From assembly GCA_963803145.1 (NCBI GenBank), contig CAWDLW010000008.1, forward strand, positions 32,001 through 96,000: a DNA stretch of 64,000 nt. The letters run 5' to 3'. The stretch is from Methanotrichaceae archaeon. Its GTDB lineage: Archaea; Halobacteriota; Methanosarcinia; Methanotrichales; Methanotrichaceae. A program made the position numbers and the translations under genes. The notes under the pieces were generated by a model. The model made no database searches. It saw only the letters and a program-made list of their open reading frames with translations, and had not been told where the DNA came from. Positions 1-10,294 of the stretch are shown piece by piece. The stretch's first letter is position 1, and each line of letters opens with the position of its first letter.

Positions 1-325
1 GTGTGATAGGTGTTGGTATTGGTGTAATAGGTGTGGGTGTTGGCGTAATCGGTGTAGGTGTTGGCGTAATTGGAGTGGGCGTCACAATTGGGTAGACTCG
101 CTGTGGAACCACTGCCGCATGCTGACAAGTTTTTTCACCGCAGCTTTGTTCGCATATCATCTGGTGCGGGCCATAGGTTATAGCTGGGCAGAATTTCCAA
201 GGATCAAGGTTTACGGGAGGATAGTAATCTTTATCGTAGCTGTATGATGTACATGTCGCTACTGCCCATGAGGTCAGTAACAATAGCGGTATAATTATTA
301 ATGCTAAGGTTGTTCTGTTTTTCAT
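1..325 (-). CDS. Secreted Cys-containing protein with Pro/Thr-rich linker (partial, runs off the window edge)
   Basis: Manual translation from ATG 325: MKNRTTLALIIIPLLLLTSWAVATCT... (signal peptide), several Cys, then VTPTPITPTPTPITPTPTPITP repeats up to base 1. Confidence 0.8.
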   Translation of the reverse strand, partial: MKNRTTLALIIIPLLLLTSWAVATCTSYSYDKDYYPPVNLDPWKFCPAITYGPHQMICEQSCGEKTCQHAAVVPQRVYPIVTPTPITPTPTPITPTPTPITPIPTPIT

Positions 326-775
326 AGGACACTCTTCCTTAAAGATTTATGGAAGAATATTAAGCATTTATACATTAAAATGGTTACTGTAATATAATTA
401 CTGATGTGATATAATGACGTCAATAAAGCATGCCATGAAGCTACTATTATACATATATCGCCTGAGCATATAGAGCACTAAGTCTCTTCGCCATTTATAC
501 TAGCGGTATTAAGATAACGGCTAGCCTAAATTAAATAGCAGTAACCCGTCAAAATGATCTGCTCTGTTATGCCCATGCCCCTTGAAGCCGATCAGTAACT
601 TAAGCGCTGAGAATATCCCTTTTTCTCGGCGGCCTTTTCTACAATTACAAAAAGTAGATCTCCCACTAAAATACGAGTAACTTCGCACTGCCTTTGACTA
701 TAAAAATGATTTATGTGCCCTCCCTTCCACCTCTACGAGATAAGCTTATTTTCCAGAAAAACATAAACAATTAAG

Positions 776-1291
776 GTGGATAATATGCTGGATATACTAA
801 GAAAAAGGCGGAGCATACGAAAATACAAGGATAAAAAAATCGAACCAGATATTGTAGATCAGCTGAAGGAGGCCGCCTTGCGCTCGCCTTCCTCCCGCGG
901 CATCGGGCCCTGGAGGTTCCTTTTTGTTACAGATAAAGCTAGACTGGATGAGCTCTCCAGGGCAAAAGAACACGGCTCTAGCTTCCTGAAGAGCGCAAGC
1001 TTGGGAGTGGTCGTTTGTGCTGATGAGACCGAGTCGGATGTCTGGATTGAGGACTGTTCCATTGCCTCAATAATTATGCAGCTAACAGGCCAGAGTCTAG
1101 GTTTGGGATCCTGCTGGATCCAGATAAGAAATAGATTGCATAGAGATTCCATGGCCTCGGAGGACTTCATCAGAATGGTGCTCAATTTATCGGATAATAT
1201 AAGGGTTGAATCGATTATTGCCTTTGGGTATCCTGACGAAGAGCTGCCTTCTGTCCCTAAAGAGCAGCTGGAGTATGACAAAATCCTCTAA
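776..1291 (+). CDS. Nitroreductase family protein
   Basis: RRSIRKY FMN-binding start, SPSS...PWRF, GLGSCWI and FGYP motifs. Confidence 0.92.
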   Translation: MDNMLDILRKRRSIRKYKDKKIEPDIVDQLKEAALRSPSSRGIGPWRFLFVTDKARLDELSRAKEHGSSFLKSASLGVVVCADETESDVWIEDCSIASIIMQLTGQSLGLGSCWIQIRNRLHRDSMASEDFIRMVLNLSDNIRVESIIAFGYPDEELPSVPKEQLEYDKIL

Positions 1292-1483
1292 GACAAACAA
1301 TTAGCAAATGGGCCTGTATACTCGTATTATTAACAATACTAGAAAGTTATGGGCAGAGTCTACATTATTGAGGGCTAAAAGCGTTTACATTTTTTACTTT
1401 TACTTTAATCGACTATTTTATATTTTAACGCATGAAAGGTTGATATACGAAGAACGAACGTGTATCATCAGGAATGATTAATT

Positions 1484-1751
1484 ATGGATGATACCACAAT
1501 TGCTAATCTGAATAATTTTAGGCAATTGGTAGAACTGATGGAGACAAGTTGCTTTTCTAAGGTTCCTCCTCATCAAATGGTACCACCTATATACTTGGCA
1601 AGTCTGAGCTTGCTCGAGAAATCCGAAGATATAATAATAATTTTTGATACTGATGGAAGATACCTATATTATAATGGGTCGAGTAAATATAATCTTACAG
1701 CAAATGATGGACATAACCGAATACAAGCATACGGAGATGGAGCTGAGGTAG
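1484..1751 (+). pseudogene. Disrupted N-terminal PAS region of the downstream sensor kinase
   Basis: The 1484 frame encodes a PAS start (SEDIIIIFDTDGRYLYYN). The kinase frame from 1707 reads MDITEYKHTEMELR-TAG(1749-1751)-VRSGLEQKV, a PAS C-terminal DITE motif interrupted by a stop. Confidence 0.6.
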
Positions 1752-3902
1752 GTGCGGAGCGGGCTAGAGCAGAAGGTTAATGGTAGAACCGAAGACCTCC
1801 TAATTGCTTACGAATCGCTGAATGCTATGATTGAAGGGCATAAGAGGGCTGAAGGATTATTAAGGCGGCAGCGCGATTTGGCAGTCGCCTTAAGCTCTGC
1901 TAGCGATCTGAAGTTAGCGTTGAGCCTTATCTTGGATGCTGCTCTCCAAATTGATGGTTTAGATGGCGGCGTCGTCTATATCGTAAATGAATCTAATGGT
2001 GAATTGGATCTAATACTGCATAAGGGTCTATCAGAGCATTTTATAGAGAGTTTCTCTCATTGCGATGCTGATTCGCCCCGAGCTCGAATTATTAAATCTG
2101 GTGAATTAATCTATTGGGATTATACAGATATTTCCAGATACCCTTGCAGAGATCTCTATGAAGAGGGATTAAAGTCATTAGCAGTTCTTCCAGTGAAGTA
2201 TAAAGCCGGAGTCATAGCCGCCCTAAATCTGGCTTCTCGCAGTTACAGCCAAATACCGTTAGGTGTTCGAAATACTCTAGAAGCCTTTGCTGCGGATATT
2301 GCAGGAATTATTGCCAGGATCAAGATAGATGAGGAGATCAAACAGAGTGAAGAGAGATTCAGAGCAATCTTCGATACTGCCAAGGACTCGATTTTTATCA
2401 AGGATGAATCTCTTTGTTACATCCAGGCCAACCCTACTATGGAGAGGCTTTTCAATCTACCAACATCGGAGCTCATAGGAAAAACCGATATGGATCTCTT
2501 TGGCAATGAGGCGGCTGAGAAAATACGGGAATCCGATCTTAAAGTGTTGAGCGGCGAGATCGTTGAAGAAAAGCGCACTAAGCCTGTAAATGGTATGTCT
2601 ATGACATTTCATACAATCAAGGCGCCTATGAGGGATAGATCAGGGAAAATCATAGGTCTGTGCGGGATTGCCAGGGATATCACCGACTTAAAGCTGGTTG
2701 AGAATGAGCTAAAGCGGGCAAAAGGAGAGGCTGAGGCTGCAACTAAGGCTAAATCCGAATTCCTGGCAAATATGAGCCACGAGATACGCACACCCATGAA
2801 TGCAGTTATAGGCATAACAGGTTTGCTTCTAGATACAAATCCTACCTCTGAGCAGCGGATGCTTATTGAGACTATTCAGACCAGCGGAAATGCATTGATC
2901 TCTATTATAAACGATATTCTTGACCTCTCAAAGATAGATAGCGGTAAGCTAAAGCTTGAAGGCAGGATCTTTGATCTTGAGTCCTGTATAGACGATTCTC
3001 TTGAGTTAGTGGCTCAAAGTGCATCGGAAAAAAGTTTGAACCTATCCTATAGGATAGATGAAAGCACTCCTAGGATAATCTCTGGCGATCCGACGAGGCT
3101 GCGCCAGGTTATGGTCAATCTCTTAAATAATGCAGTTAAGTTCACAGAAACTGGGGAGATACATCTCTTTGTGGACAGCAAGAATTATGGTAAAGGATAC
3201 GAGATTTATTTTGAGGTCAAAGATACAGGGATTGGAATCCCTGAGGATAAAATTAAAAATCTCTTTCAATCCTTCAGCCAAGTTGATGCATCGACTACTC
3301 GGAGATATGGCGGGACTGGTCTTGGGCTCGCCATTAGCAAGAGATTGGTAGAGCTAATGGGAGGAAGAATCTGGGTTGAAAGCATCCCCGGAATGGGTTC
3401 TACCTTCTGTTTCACAATTCTGTCCGATCAAATTGTTAACAGTCTTTCAGAGGCCAAAGAGCCATCCTGCCGCTTTGAGACTCATTTGGATAGGGGGCAA
3501 GATCGAACATTAAAAGATCGGACATTAAATATACTGCTCGCAGAAGATAATTCGGTTAACCAGATGGTAATGCTGCGAATGCTGAAGAAGATAGGGCATA
3601 AAGCAGACATAGCTGCTAATGGTCTGGAGGTACTGCGTGCTCTAGAGAATTCTTCATATGATGTCATACTTATGGATATACAAATGCCAGAGATGGATGG
3701 GCTCGAGGCTACAAGGATTATTCGTCAGCGCTGGCCTGATCACAAGCCAAAGATAATAGCCATAACAGCCTACGCTCTTAATGGTGATCGGGAGAGATGT
3801 CTGAAAGCAGGTATGGATGACTATATCAGCAAGCCTGTGCAGTGCAGTGAGCTTGAAAATGCATTGAAACGGCATCAATATGTGGGATCAAAGAACGGTT
3901 AG
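1752..3902 (+). CDS. Hybrid sensor histidine kinase/response regulator (GAF-PAS-HisKA-HATPase-REC)
   Basis: [15 protein letters not shown]-box, [11 protein letters not shown]-box, DTGIGI and GGTGLGL G-boxes, REC domain [12 protein letters not shown]...KP. Confidence 0.93.
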   Translation: MRSGLEQKVNGRTEDLLIAYESLNAMIEGHKRAEGLLRRQRDLAVALSSASDLKLALSLILDAALQIDGLDGGVVYIVNESNGELDLILHKGLSEHFIESFSHCDADSPRARIIKSGELIYWDYTDISRYPCRDLYEEGLKSLAVLPVKYKAGVIAALNLASRSYSQIPLGVRNTLEAFAADIAGIIARIKIDEEIKQSEERFRAIFDTAKDSIFIKDESLCYIQANPTMERLFNLPTSELIGKTDMDLFGNEAAEKIRESDLKVLSGEIVEEKRTKPVNGMSMTFHTIKAPMRDRSGKIIGLCGIARDITDLKLVENELKRAKGEAEAATKAKSEFLANMSHEIRTPMNAVIGITGLLLDTNPTSEQRMLIETIQTSGNALISIINDILDLSKIDSGKLKLEGRIFDLESCIDDSLELVAQSASEKSLNLSYRIDESTPRIISGDPTRLRQVMVNLLNNAVKFTETGEIHLFVDSKNYGKGYEIYFEVKDTGIGIPEDKIKNLFQSFSQVDASTTRRYGGTGLGLAISKRLVELMGGRIWVESIPGMGSTFCFTILSDQIVNSLSEAKEPSCRFETHLDRGQDRTLKDRTLNILLAEDNSVNQMVMLRMLKKIGHKADIAANGLEVLRALENSSYDVILMDIQMPEMDGLEATRIIRQRWPDHKPKIIAITAYALNGDRERCLKAGMDDYISKPVQCSELENALKRHQYVGSKNG

Positions 3903-4018
3903 GAGATGGCTAATAAACTGTAGCTAACAAATTATGGCCGATAAACTATAGTACATAAATATAGCATAACAAGTCTTGATTTTACTATATTGATATCCAA
4001 TAGCTAAAAATCAAAAGT

Positions 4019-4939
4019 TCAGGCCTCATCGATCTCCCAGCCAAGTCTCTCTTTTATTATCAGATAGCTCATTTCAGGTGAGATCGCACCCACCTCTGTG
4101 CAGATCAAATCGATATATTGATGAGGCGTTACATCAAAGGCTGGATTGCGGACATGAACATGCTTGTACTTTTGGAAATCGGGCAGGATCTCCTTGGGAT
4201 TCCGCTCCTCGATTGGCACCAGCTCACCAAGGATGGTCATGGGGCTGAATTTGTATGTCTCTGCAGCCACCATAAAGCTAGTCCTTGCCTCATGAGCGCA
4301 AAGGGCGATCTGGGCAGTGCCTATTTTATTTACAAGAGTACCGTTAGCCGTAACCACGTCAGCTCCTACTACCACAAGATCGACCTCATTCATTACGCTT
4401 CTGACTGCAGAATCAACTATAAGCTCCGTCTCAATACCCAGCTCATCCAGGATTCCAATCGTCAGGATGCCCTGATACCTCGGCCTCGATTCGGTGGCAA
4501 TGACCTTAATCATCTTGCCCGCTTTGTGGGCTGTGCCAATGACGGAGAGCGCCGCCATTGAGTTACAATGTGTGAGAACAGTATCGCCGTCTCTAATTCG
4601 GCGGCTGCCTATTTCGCCGATCCTCTCGACCGCCCTTTCAGAGCTCTCAATGAACTTTTCGGCATTGGATATAACAGCTCTGCGGGCTGACTCGATATTA
4701 TCGGCTTTATAGTTCATGACCATCCTGATAGCGTTAGAAAGGGATACGGCGGTCGGCCTGGTATTAAGAAGAACGTCTGCTGCATTTTTCATCTCCGAAT
4801 TGAACTCGTCGAGACTTTTTACATCCAGGCTAATAGCAAAATCCTTCAGTGCCTTAGCAGCAGCCCTGGCGATCTTTCCAGCACCACGAATCTCCATGCT
4901 GCTTATCTTCTCTGCAGTTTCAAGCACTTGATTTATCAT
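4019..4939 (-). CDS. Ribose-1,5-bisphosphate isomerase (eIF-2B alpha/beta/delta family)
   Basis: IRGAGKIA, TRPTAVSL, LTHCNS (catalytic Cys), ESRP, VGAD, NKIGT and NPAFDVTP motifs. Confidence 0.88.
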   Translation of the reverse strand: MINQVLETAEKISSMEIRGAGKIARAAAKALKDFAISLDVKSLDEFNSEMKNAADVLLNTRPTAVSLSNAIRMVMNYKADNIESARRAVISNAEKFIESSERAVERIGEIGSRRIRDGDTVLTHCNSMAALSVIGTAHKAGKMIKVIATESRPRYQGILTIGILDELGIETELIVDSAVRSVMNEVDLVVVGADVVTANGTLVNKIGTAQIALCAHEARTSFMVAAETYKFSPMTILGELVPIEERNPKEILPDFQKYKHVHVRNPAFDVTPHQYIDLICTEVGAISPEMSYLIIKERLGWEIDEA

Positions 4940-4993
4940 GATTGGGCTTTTCCGCTAATTAAGGATATATCGGTTTTCAATTGAACTACGGGT

Positions 4994-5473
4994 TCAAGCT
5001 GCCAGTTTTTTTGCGAGGTTAGCGACCCTCGATCCTATCTGTCTACAGGCCTCAAGTGCGCTTTTGTTCGGCTCGCCAACAGCAATTGCGCCATAATGGC
5101 CGCCGGACGCCATTGGATCTCCCACTACTATCATCGAGTGGATGAGCATTGCTTGGAGAATTGAAAGCAATGTTGTCTGGTTTCCGCCATCGCAGCTGCC
5201 TGAGGATGTGAATGCTGCACCAACTTTATTTTCCAATTGGCCGCGAACGTCCGTTGATCTATCAAAGATCTGCTTTATCTCCGCCGCCATCTGACCGTAG
5301 TAAGTAGGAGACCCTATGATTATGCCATCGGCTGCCTTGAGATCCGCCGAAGTAACTTCTGGGGCTTTCTTCACTGTAACATCAGCACCTGCAGATTTAG
5401 CACCATCTGCCACTGCTCTGGCCATTTTCTCTGTGTTGCCAGTCATTGAATGATAAGCTATCAGTATTTTCAT
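4994..5473 (-). CDS. Flavodoxin / WrbA-like NAD(P)H-dependent FMN protein
   Basis: YHSMTGNTEKMA, GSPTYYG and KVGAAFTSSG...GGNQTT motifs. Confidence 0.9.
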   Translation of the reverse strand: MKILIAYHSMTGNTEKMARAVADGAKSAGADVTVKKAPEVTSADLKAADGIIIGSPTYYGQMAAEIKQIFDRSTDVRGQLENKVGAAFTSSGSCDGGNQTTLLSILQAMLIHSMIVVGDPMASGGHYGAIAVGEPNKSALEACRQIGSRVANLAKKLAA

Positions 5474-5518
5474 GATAATACCTCACTAAACCTTCATAAA
5501 AGTTTTTTAGAATACGTT

Positions 5519-5872
5519 TCATATTCTATTTAACACTATCTTATCTCCAGCATTTACATTTTTGAATATTTCTATTCCTTGAGTTACGCTTCCCAAATGG
5601 TTTACGGGCGAGTAAGGTTGGGTTTCGCCAAAAAATATACAGAGTGCACATCCAGGAGACCAGTACGATACATCCCCTTTGATGGCTGAGGGGGATGCGT
5701 TCTCATCGGTGGCCTTTAGGGGGATCTCAAAGTAGATCTCTTCGCCCCAGAGGTTCCCCCTTGCCTCAATCGGAAGCATCTGATAAAGCTCTTGTGAAAT
5801 TTGCGGATTCCTCTCATCCAGCTCTATAGTTGCTTTCCCAATGCCAGGAATATTGATCTCTATACGTTTCAT
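5519..5872 (-). CDS. Cyclophilin-like fold protein (DUF369-type)
   Basis: WGEEIYF and GDVSYWSPGCALCIFFG motifs; likely start is MKRIEI at 5872 rather than the longer ORF start. Confidence 0.8.
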   Translation of the reverse strand: MKRIEINIPGIGKATIELDERNPQISQELYQMLPIEARGNLWGEEIYFEIPLKATDENASPSAIKGDVSYWSPGCALCIFFGETQPYSPVNHLGSVTQGIEIFKNVNAGDKIVLNRI

Positions 5873-6244
5873 GCTTACCACATCGCTTGATAATATTGAA
5901 AAGGGCTTCTTAAGCCATAATACTTTTCGGAAATCTCCAAAATACATGTACCCAATGGTAATTAATGCGGAGAATACTTTCGCCCTACGCTCGGATAAGA
6001 TATTCATAGCTAATATTACTACTATGGCTTGGTCCGCTCGCTAGAACTCTTTTGCTACTCCCTGCGAGCGGTTTCATCCCCCTAGGTGGATATTGGTACA
6101 CTTCCTATACTGATTATAAACAATTGGAAAATTTATATACATGACACATTGATACTCTATTTTGCTTAACGCTGAAATAGTCCAGCTCTTGATATCGCGA
6201 GCCTGGATAATCGCTGGATTCTCCTAATTTGGAAGTGCGCTAAC

Positions 6245-6925
6245 ATGATTGGTAAGTGTGAGCTGGTCGGCATCGAGGGTGTAAAAGGTATAATCTTCGA
6301 CTGCTATAATACTTTGATAGAGATAAGGACCGATGAGGACGATATTGCTACGTACCAGCCTGTCAGCAGGTGGCTGATGTATAAGGGTGTCAGGATTATG
6401 CCTGAAGATCTGATGAGGGAATACAAGAGCTCAATAGATGCAGAGATGAAGGTAAGATGGGAAAAGTACCCTGAAGTTCGTGTGGAGCTAGTGCTGGGGC
6501 ATATCTGCAAACAGCATGAGCTTTGGGATATCGACGAGGATGCGATTGGGGTTGAGGCAGCACGCGCATTCAGAGCGGTGTCCCTTAGGAAGATAGATGT
6601 CTTTCATCAGAGTGAACGGCTCCTAAAGGAGCTTGAGGACTATCCAAAAGTTATACTTTCCAACGGCCAGAGGGTGTTTTCTGAGCTGGAGCTGAAGTAT
6701 TTCGGCCTTTACGATAAGTTTAAAAGCGTTATCTTCTCCTCAGATTTCGGTTATAAGAAGCCCGATCCAAGGATTTTCCTGGAGGCTGCTAAGGCGCTCG
6801 GGTTTGAACCTGAGAATATACTGTGCATAGGGGATAACTTCGAGAACGATATCGTCCCCTCCGCGAAGCTGGGGATGAAGGCATTACATATAGAGGAGGC
6901 CTGGAAGCTTTTCAATGTATACTAA
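6245..6925 (+). CDS. HAD-superfamily hydrolase
   Basis: IIFDCYNTL motif I, LSNG motif II, KKPDPRIF and IGDNFENDI motifs III/IV. Confidence 0.88.
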   Translation: MIGKCELVGIEGVKGIIFDCYNTLIEIRTDEDDIATYQPVSRWLMYKGVRIMPEDLMREYKSSIDAEMKVRWEKYPEVRVELVLGHICKQHELWDIDEDAIGVEAARAFRAVSLRKIDVFHQSERLLKELEDYPKVILSNGQRVFSELELKYFGLYDKFKSVIFSSDFGYKKPDPRIFLEAAKALGFEPENILCIGDNFENDIVPSAKLGMKALHIEEAWKLFNVY

Positions 6926-7282
6926 AGAATAAATGGGTATTATTAATATAAATTAATCTTATTTTAATATAGGGCACTTCCATTACACCCTTATTTTTGC
7001 CTCCTGATTCAATAATTTTATATACTTTCTGTAGTCTCCAAGTTTTTGATTTTGCATACAAAATATAAACAATCGGCTGATAAAATAATACTATATTTTA
7101 TGATGATAGCACGAAATAGGTATACAACATTATCTAATTATGTTAAAATTAAATTCGGTTTATAAAGTTGGCGGTTGCAGCTAAAAACTTGGAAACTACA
7201 GTACTTTGTAGAAATTTATATTAAACTGCAATATATCGGGAATTGTTTACGGCAATCTATCCTGCCAAGAGAGCAGAGGATC

Positions 7283-8242
7283 ATGAGTTCAGAAAAAAGG
7301 GTAAGCACTTTGAAGCCAGGAGACGTTTTCAGAGACTGGCTGTTGAATATCCTGGGGGACAGAATACATAATAAGAATTGTAAAGTAGGGGTTTATAAAT
7401 TTCGCCCAGCCTCTCATACAGTTTGCAGATATGAGTTCGACGGTGAGGGATATAGCGTAGTTGCAAAGTTCTTCGCAGAGCCGATCGGCTGGAAGAGAGA
7501 CTATAATCCAGTCAGGTCTCTTGAGAGGGAGTTTGGTATACTCAAGAACGTCGAGCAAATTATCGATATCCCTAAGCCCATCGCGATGAAAAGGAGGTTT
7601 AACTGCGCTCTAGTGACAGAGTATGTCGAGGGGAGTCCCCTCTATAGATACATAAAGACTGAAGATGGCCTGTACGATAGGCTCACTGCAGTAGCCCAAA
7701 CCCTCCGTAGGCTCCACGACAATACCAGATCTGACTACAGGAAGGATCGGGAATTTGCCATGTTCCATAAGATCTTAGACCAGCTCGGGCTTGATCAAAC
7801 GACAAGGTCAAAGTATAATCATCTGCTTGGCGAGTGGTGGTATAGTCCCCTGATAAACCAGCCATATGGCTGTAGGATTCATAATGATCCCAATCCAGTC
7901 AACTACCTATTCAACCACAGAAAGCTCTACGCCATAGACTTCGAAAGCTCGTGGGAGCATGCCAACTTCGTGCATGACTTGGGGATTGTTGCTGCAGAGC
8001 TGAAGCATTACTTTGCTATACATAGGGGCGATGATCAGTTGGCTGAACCCTATATTGGCCACTTTCTCTGGCACTACAGCAGGAACGAGGCTGAGTTCTA
8101 TAGAATAACGCGGGCGCTTCCATTCTTCATGAGCCTGGGACTTCTCAGGATGGCTAGAATTGGGCTGGGACAGAGGCACAGTGCCTACGTATACAGGGAG
8201 GCTATGGCCTGCCTAAGTGCAGCAAGAGCAAATGGATATTAG
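7283..8242 (+). CDS. Aminoglycoside phosphotransferase/choline-kinase-like (APH family) protein
   Basis: VVAKFF, LVTEYVEG, IHNDPNPVNY (Brenner-type motif) and AIDFE; start refined to ATG 7283. Confidence 0.8.
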   Translation: MSSEKRVSTLKPGDVFRDWLLNILGDRIHNKNCKVGVYKFRPASHTVCRYEFDGEGYSVVAKFFAEPIGWKRDYNPVRSLEREFGILKNVEQIIDIPKPIAMKRRFNCALVTEYVEGSPLYRYIKTEDGLYDRLTAVAQTLRRLHDNTRSDYRKDREFAMFHKILDQLGLDQTTRSKYNHLLGEWWYSPLINQPYGCRIHNDPNPVNYLFNHRKLYAIDFESSWEHANFVHDLGIVAAELKHYFAIHRGDDQLAEPYIGHFLWHYSRNEAEFYRITRALPFFMSLGLLRMARIGLGQRHSAYVYREAMACLSAARANGY

Positions 8243-8258
8243 CCCTATATTTTAGACT

Positions 8259-8858
8259 TTATCTGCATCTTAATCTTATGTGCAGCCGATCAGAGTAGTT
8301 CATGCCCAGCATCAGTGCGAGGTTCCAGGCATCTTCTGCATATCTCAGTCCAGGATCAGTCCCAAACGGCATCAGCCAAATTCTCTCACAGGGAAGTGTT
8401 GGAGCTAGCTTTTCTAAGGTTTCCTGAGGCCAGCACCAAACTTTCGGGCCTATAACGAACTTCAAATGAACGTTCTCCTTTGAGGACCAGTATGCGAGAT
8501 CCACTTTTGAGCCATACTTAGGGCTGATAACTACACAATGAAGCTTCATCAGATCCTCATCAGGTATAGGATTGGTCCCATTGGCCTCAATGTGAGCTTC
8601 TTTGCCCTCTTTGGAGAGCATACAAAGCAGCTCGGATAGCTCAGTCATCTGTAGAGTCGGCTCACCCCCAGTAATGACTGCGCGTTTACAATTGATCTGG
8701 CTTAGAATCTCCTTGGGCGTTAGCTCTACCCAATCTTTGAAGTAAGTATCGCACCCCTCGCACCTCAAATTACAGCCTGCAAGTCTGACGAATGTTGCAG
8801 GCCTACCCATTGCAGGGCCCTCTCCCTGGATAGAGTCGAAGATCTCAGCTACACGCAT
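8259..8858 (-). CDS. queE: 7-carboxy-7-deazaguanine synthase (radical SAM)
   Basis: EIFDSIQGEG, FVRLAGCNLRCEGCDT, ITGGEP, ISPK and RLH motifs. Confidence 0.9.
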   Translation of the reverse strand: MRVAEIFDSIQGEGPAMGRPATFVRLAGCNLRCEGCDTYFKDWVELTPKEILSQINCKRAVITGGEPTLQMTELSELLCMLSKEGKEAHIEANGTNPIPDEDLMKLHCVVISPKYGSKVDLAYWSSKENVHLKFVIGPKVWCWPQETLEKLAPTLPCERIWLMPFGTDPGLRYAEDAWNLALMLGMNYSDRLHIRLRCR

Positions 8859-9043
8859 TAGATCTCAGGATGTGGTTCTTAGTAATAATATGATCCCTTG
8901 ATCTTAATATTATATGCTATTCCGAGTATCCTATACGATTTTCGATATCTTCGTAGAAATAGATGATCGATTAAAAGAAATTATTTCATCGATAAATTAT
9001 ATATATGGTAATGACATATATGGCAAGCTAAAGGGTGAGTAGC

Positions 9044-9430
9044 ATGGCAACAAAGAAATTTATATGCAATAACTGTGGGGCTGTGAACATGGCAGAGATA
9101 ACCGCACAGGACCTGTCGGATCCTAGTGATGATGACTGGCTTCCTTGTGTACTTCCCACCGGCTTTGAGTGGTCTCTGCCTGCAGGGAAGATAACACCTG
9201 TAGTGGGAGATCCAATATATATCTCAGGTAACGGCGAGCAAATGAGTAGGGATGATTATATCCTGAAATACAATATCGATCCTGAGATCGCATATCAGCT
9301 GATGAGAGGAAGGATCACCAAAAGCTCTGCATACACGGCAATGAGCTCACAAATGAAAGAGCGTGCAAAGGCTAGCGTTAGCCGAGTATTAAAATTAAAT
9401 ACGGCGGATGATGACGACTGGACTGCATAA
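9044..9430 (+). CDS. Hypothetical protein with N-terminal CxxC
   Basis: Clean ORF with FICNNCG; AT-rich TATA-like upstream region. Confidence 0.65.
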   Translation: MATKKFICNNCGAVNMAEITAQDLSDPSDDDWLPCVLPTGFEWSLPAGKITPVVGDPIYISGNGEQMSRDDYILKYNIDPEIAYQLMRGRITKSSAYTAMSSQMKERAKASVSRVLKLNTADDDDWTA

Positions 9431-9717
9431 AGCAGTCCAAGCTGTCTTCACCATTACCTTTTCTTGTGTATTTATTGCCGCAGATACGATGGCAATATTC
9501 TTTTCAATATCAATCTATTATATTGATGTTATATAACTGTATGCACATCTATTCGATACAGCATTAACTTATTATCTAAGTTTTCTGGTTCATAAATTTC
9601 ATAAAGATAAGATTTTCGGGAGATACATTCAAATATGGGGTCTCTGGAGTTCATTCGCAAAGGTTATTCCTCGATAACCATGTAGGATCGAATGCGAGTA
9701 TAAGCTAAGGGATTAAG

Positions 9718-10278
9718 ATGAAGGAAACGCTGGAAGAGATTGGGGCACGTCTTCGAGAGCTGCGGGAGCTGTCGAAGGTTACAGTCGGGGAGATGTCAAA
9801 TTATCTGAAGATACCTGAGGGGACGTATAACTGCTACGAGGAGGGAAAGCTGGACATCCCTGCAAGTGTCCTGATTGAGGCCGCGCGAAGGCTGGATGTC
9901 GATGTAGGACTTCTGCTGACGGGCCAAGAGCCAAAGATGAATATATACACAGTAACTCGGAGTGGCGAAGGGACTGAGGCAGAGCGCAGGAAGCAGTATA
10001 GATACCAGAGCCTCGCGGGGAAGTTCATGCATAAAAAGGCTGAGATCTTCATCGTGACTGTCGAGCCGAGGATTGGCATGGCGGTTGATAAGCCGTCTAT
10101 TTACAGCCATAAAGGGCAGGAATTCGATTACGTCCTGGAAGGAACTATTAAGATACATATCCGAGATCAAGAGGTAGTATTGAACGAGGGAGATTCCATA
10201 TTCTTCGATTCTTCATACGGCCATATAATGGAAGCCCTCGATAATAAACCGGTCAAGATGTTGGCTGTTGTCATGTAG
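9718..10278 (+). CDS. XRE-family HTH plus cupin transcriptional regulator
   Basis: N-terminal HTH (IGARLRELR...YEEG) and cupin motif [12 protein letters not shown]...[10 protein letters not shown]. Confidence 0.92.
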   Translation: MKETLEEIGARLRELRELSKVTVGEMSNYLKIPEGTYNCYEEGKLDIPASVLIEAARRLDVDVGLLLTGQEPKMNIYTVTRSGEGTEAERRKQYRYQSLAGKFMHKKAEIFIVTVEPRIGMAVDKPSIYSHKGQEFDYVLEGTIKIHIRDQEVVLNEGDSIFFDSSYGHIMEALDNKPVKMLAVVM

Positions 10279-10294
10279 AAGAAAGGGATATAAA

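Noticed and set aside
1749-1751. Pyrrolysine-decoded TAG (also the TAG at 50899)
   Set aside because: Both TAGs lie in regions with additional lesions, and no pyl genes are visible in the window.
7283-8242. Aminoglycoside resistance gene
   Set aside because: Only the general APH/choline-kinase fold motifs are present, and the context suggests metabolism.
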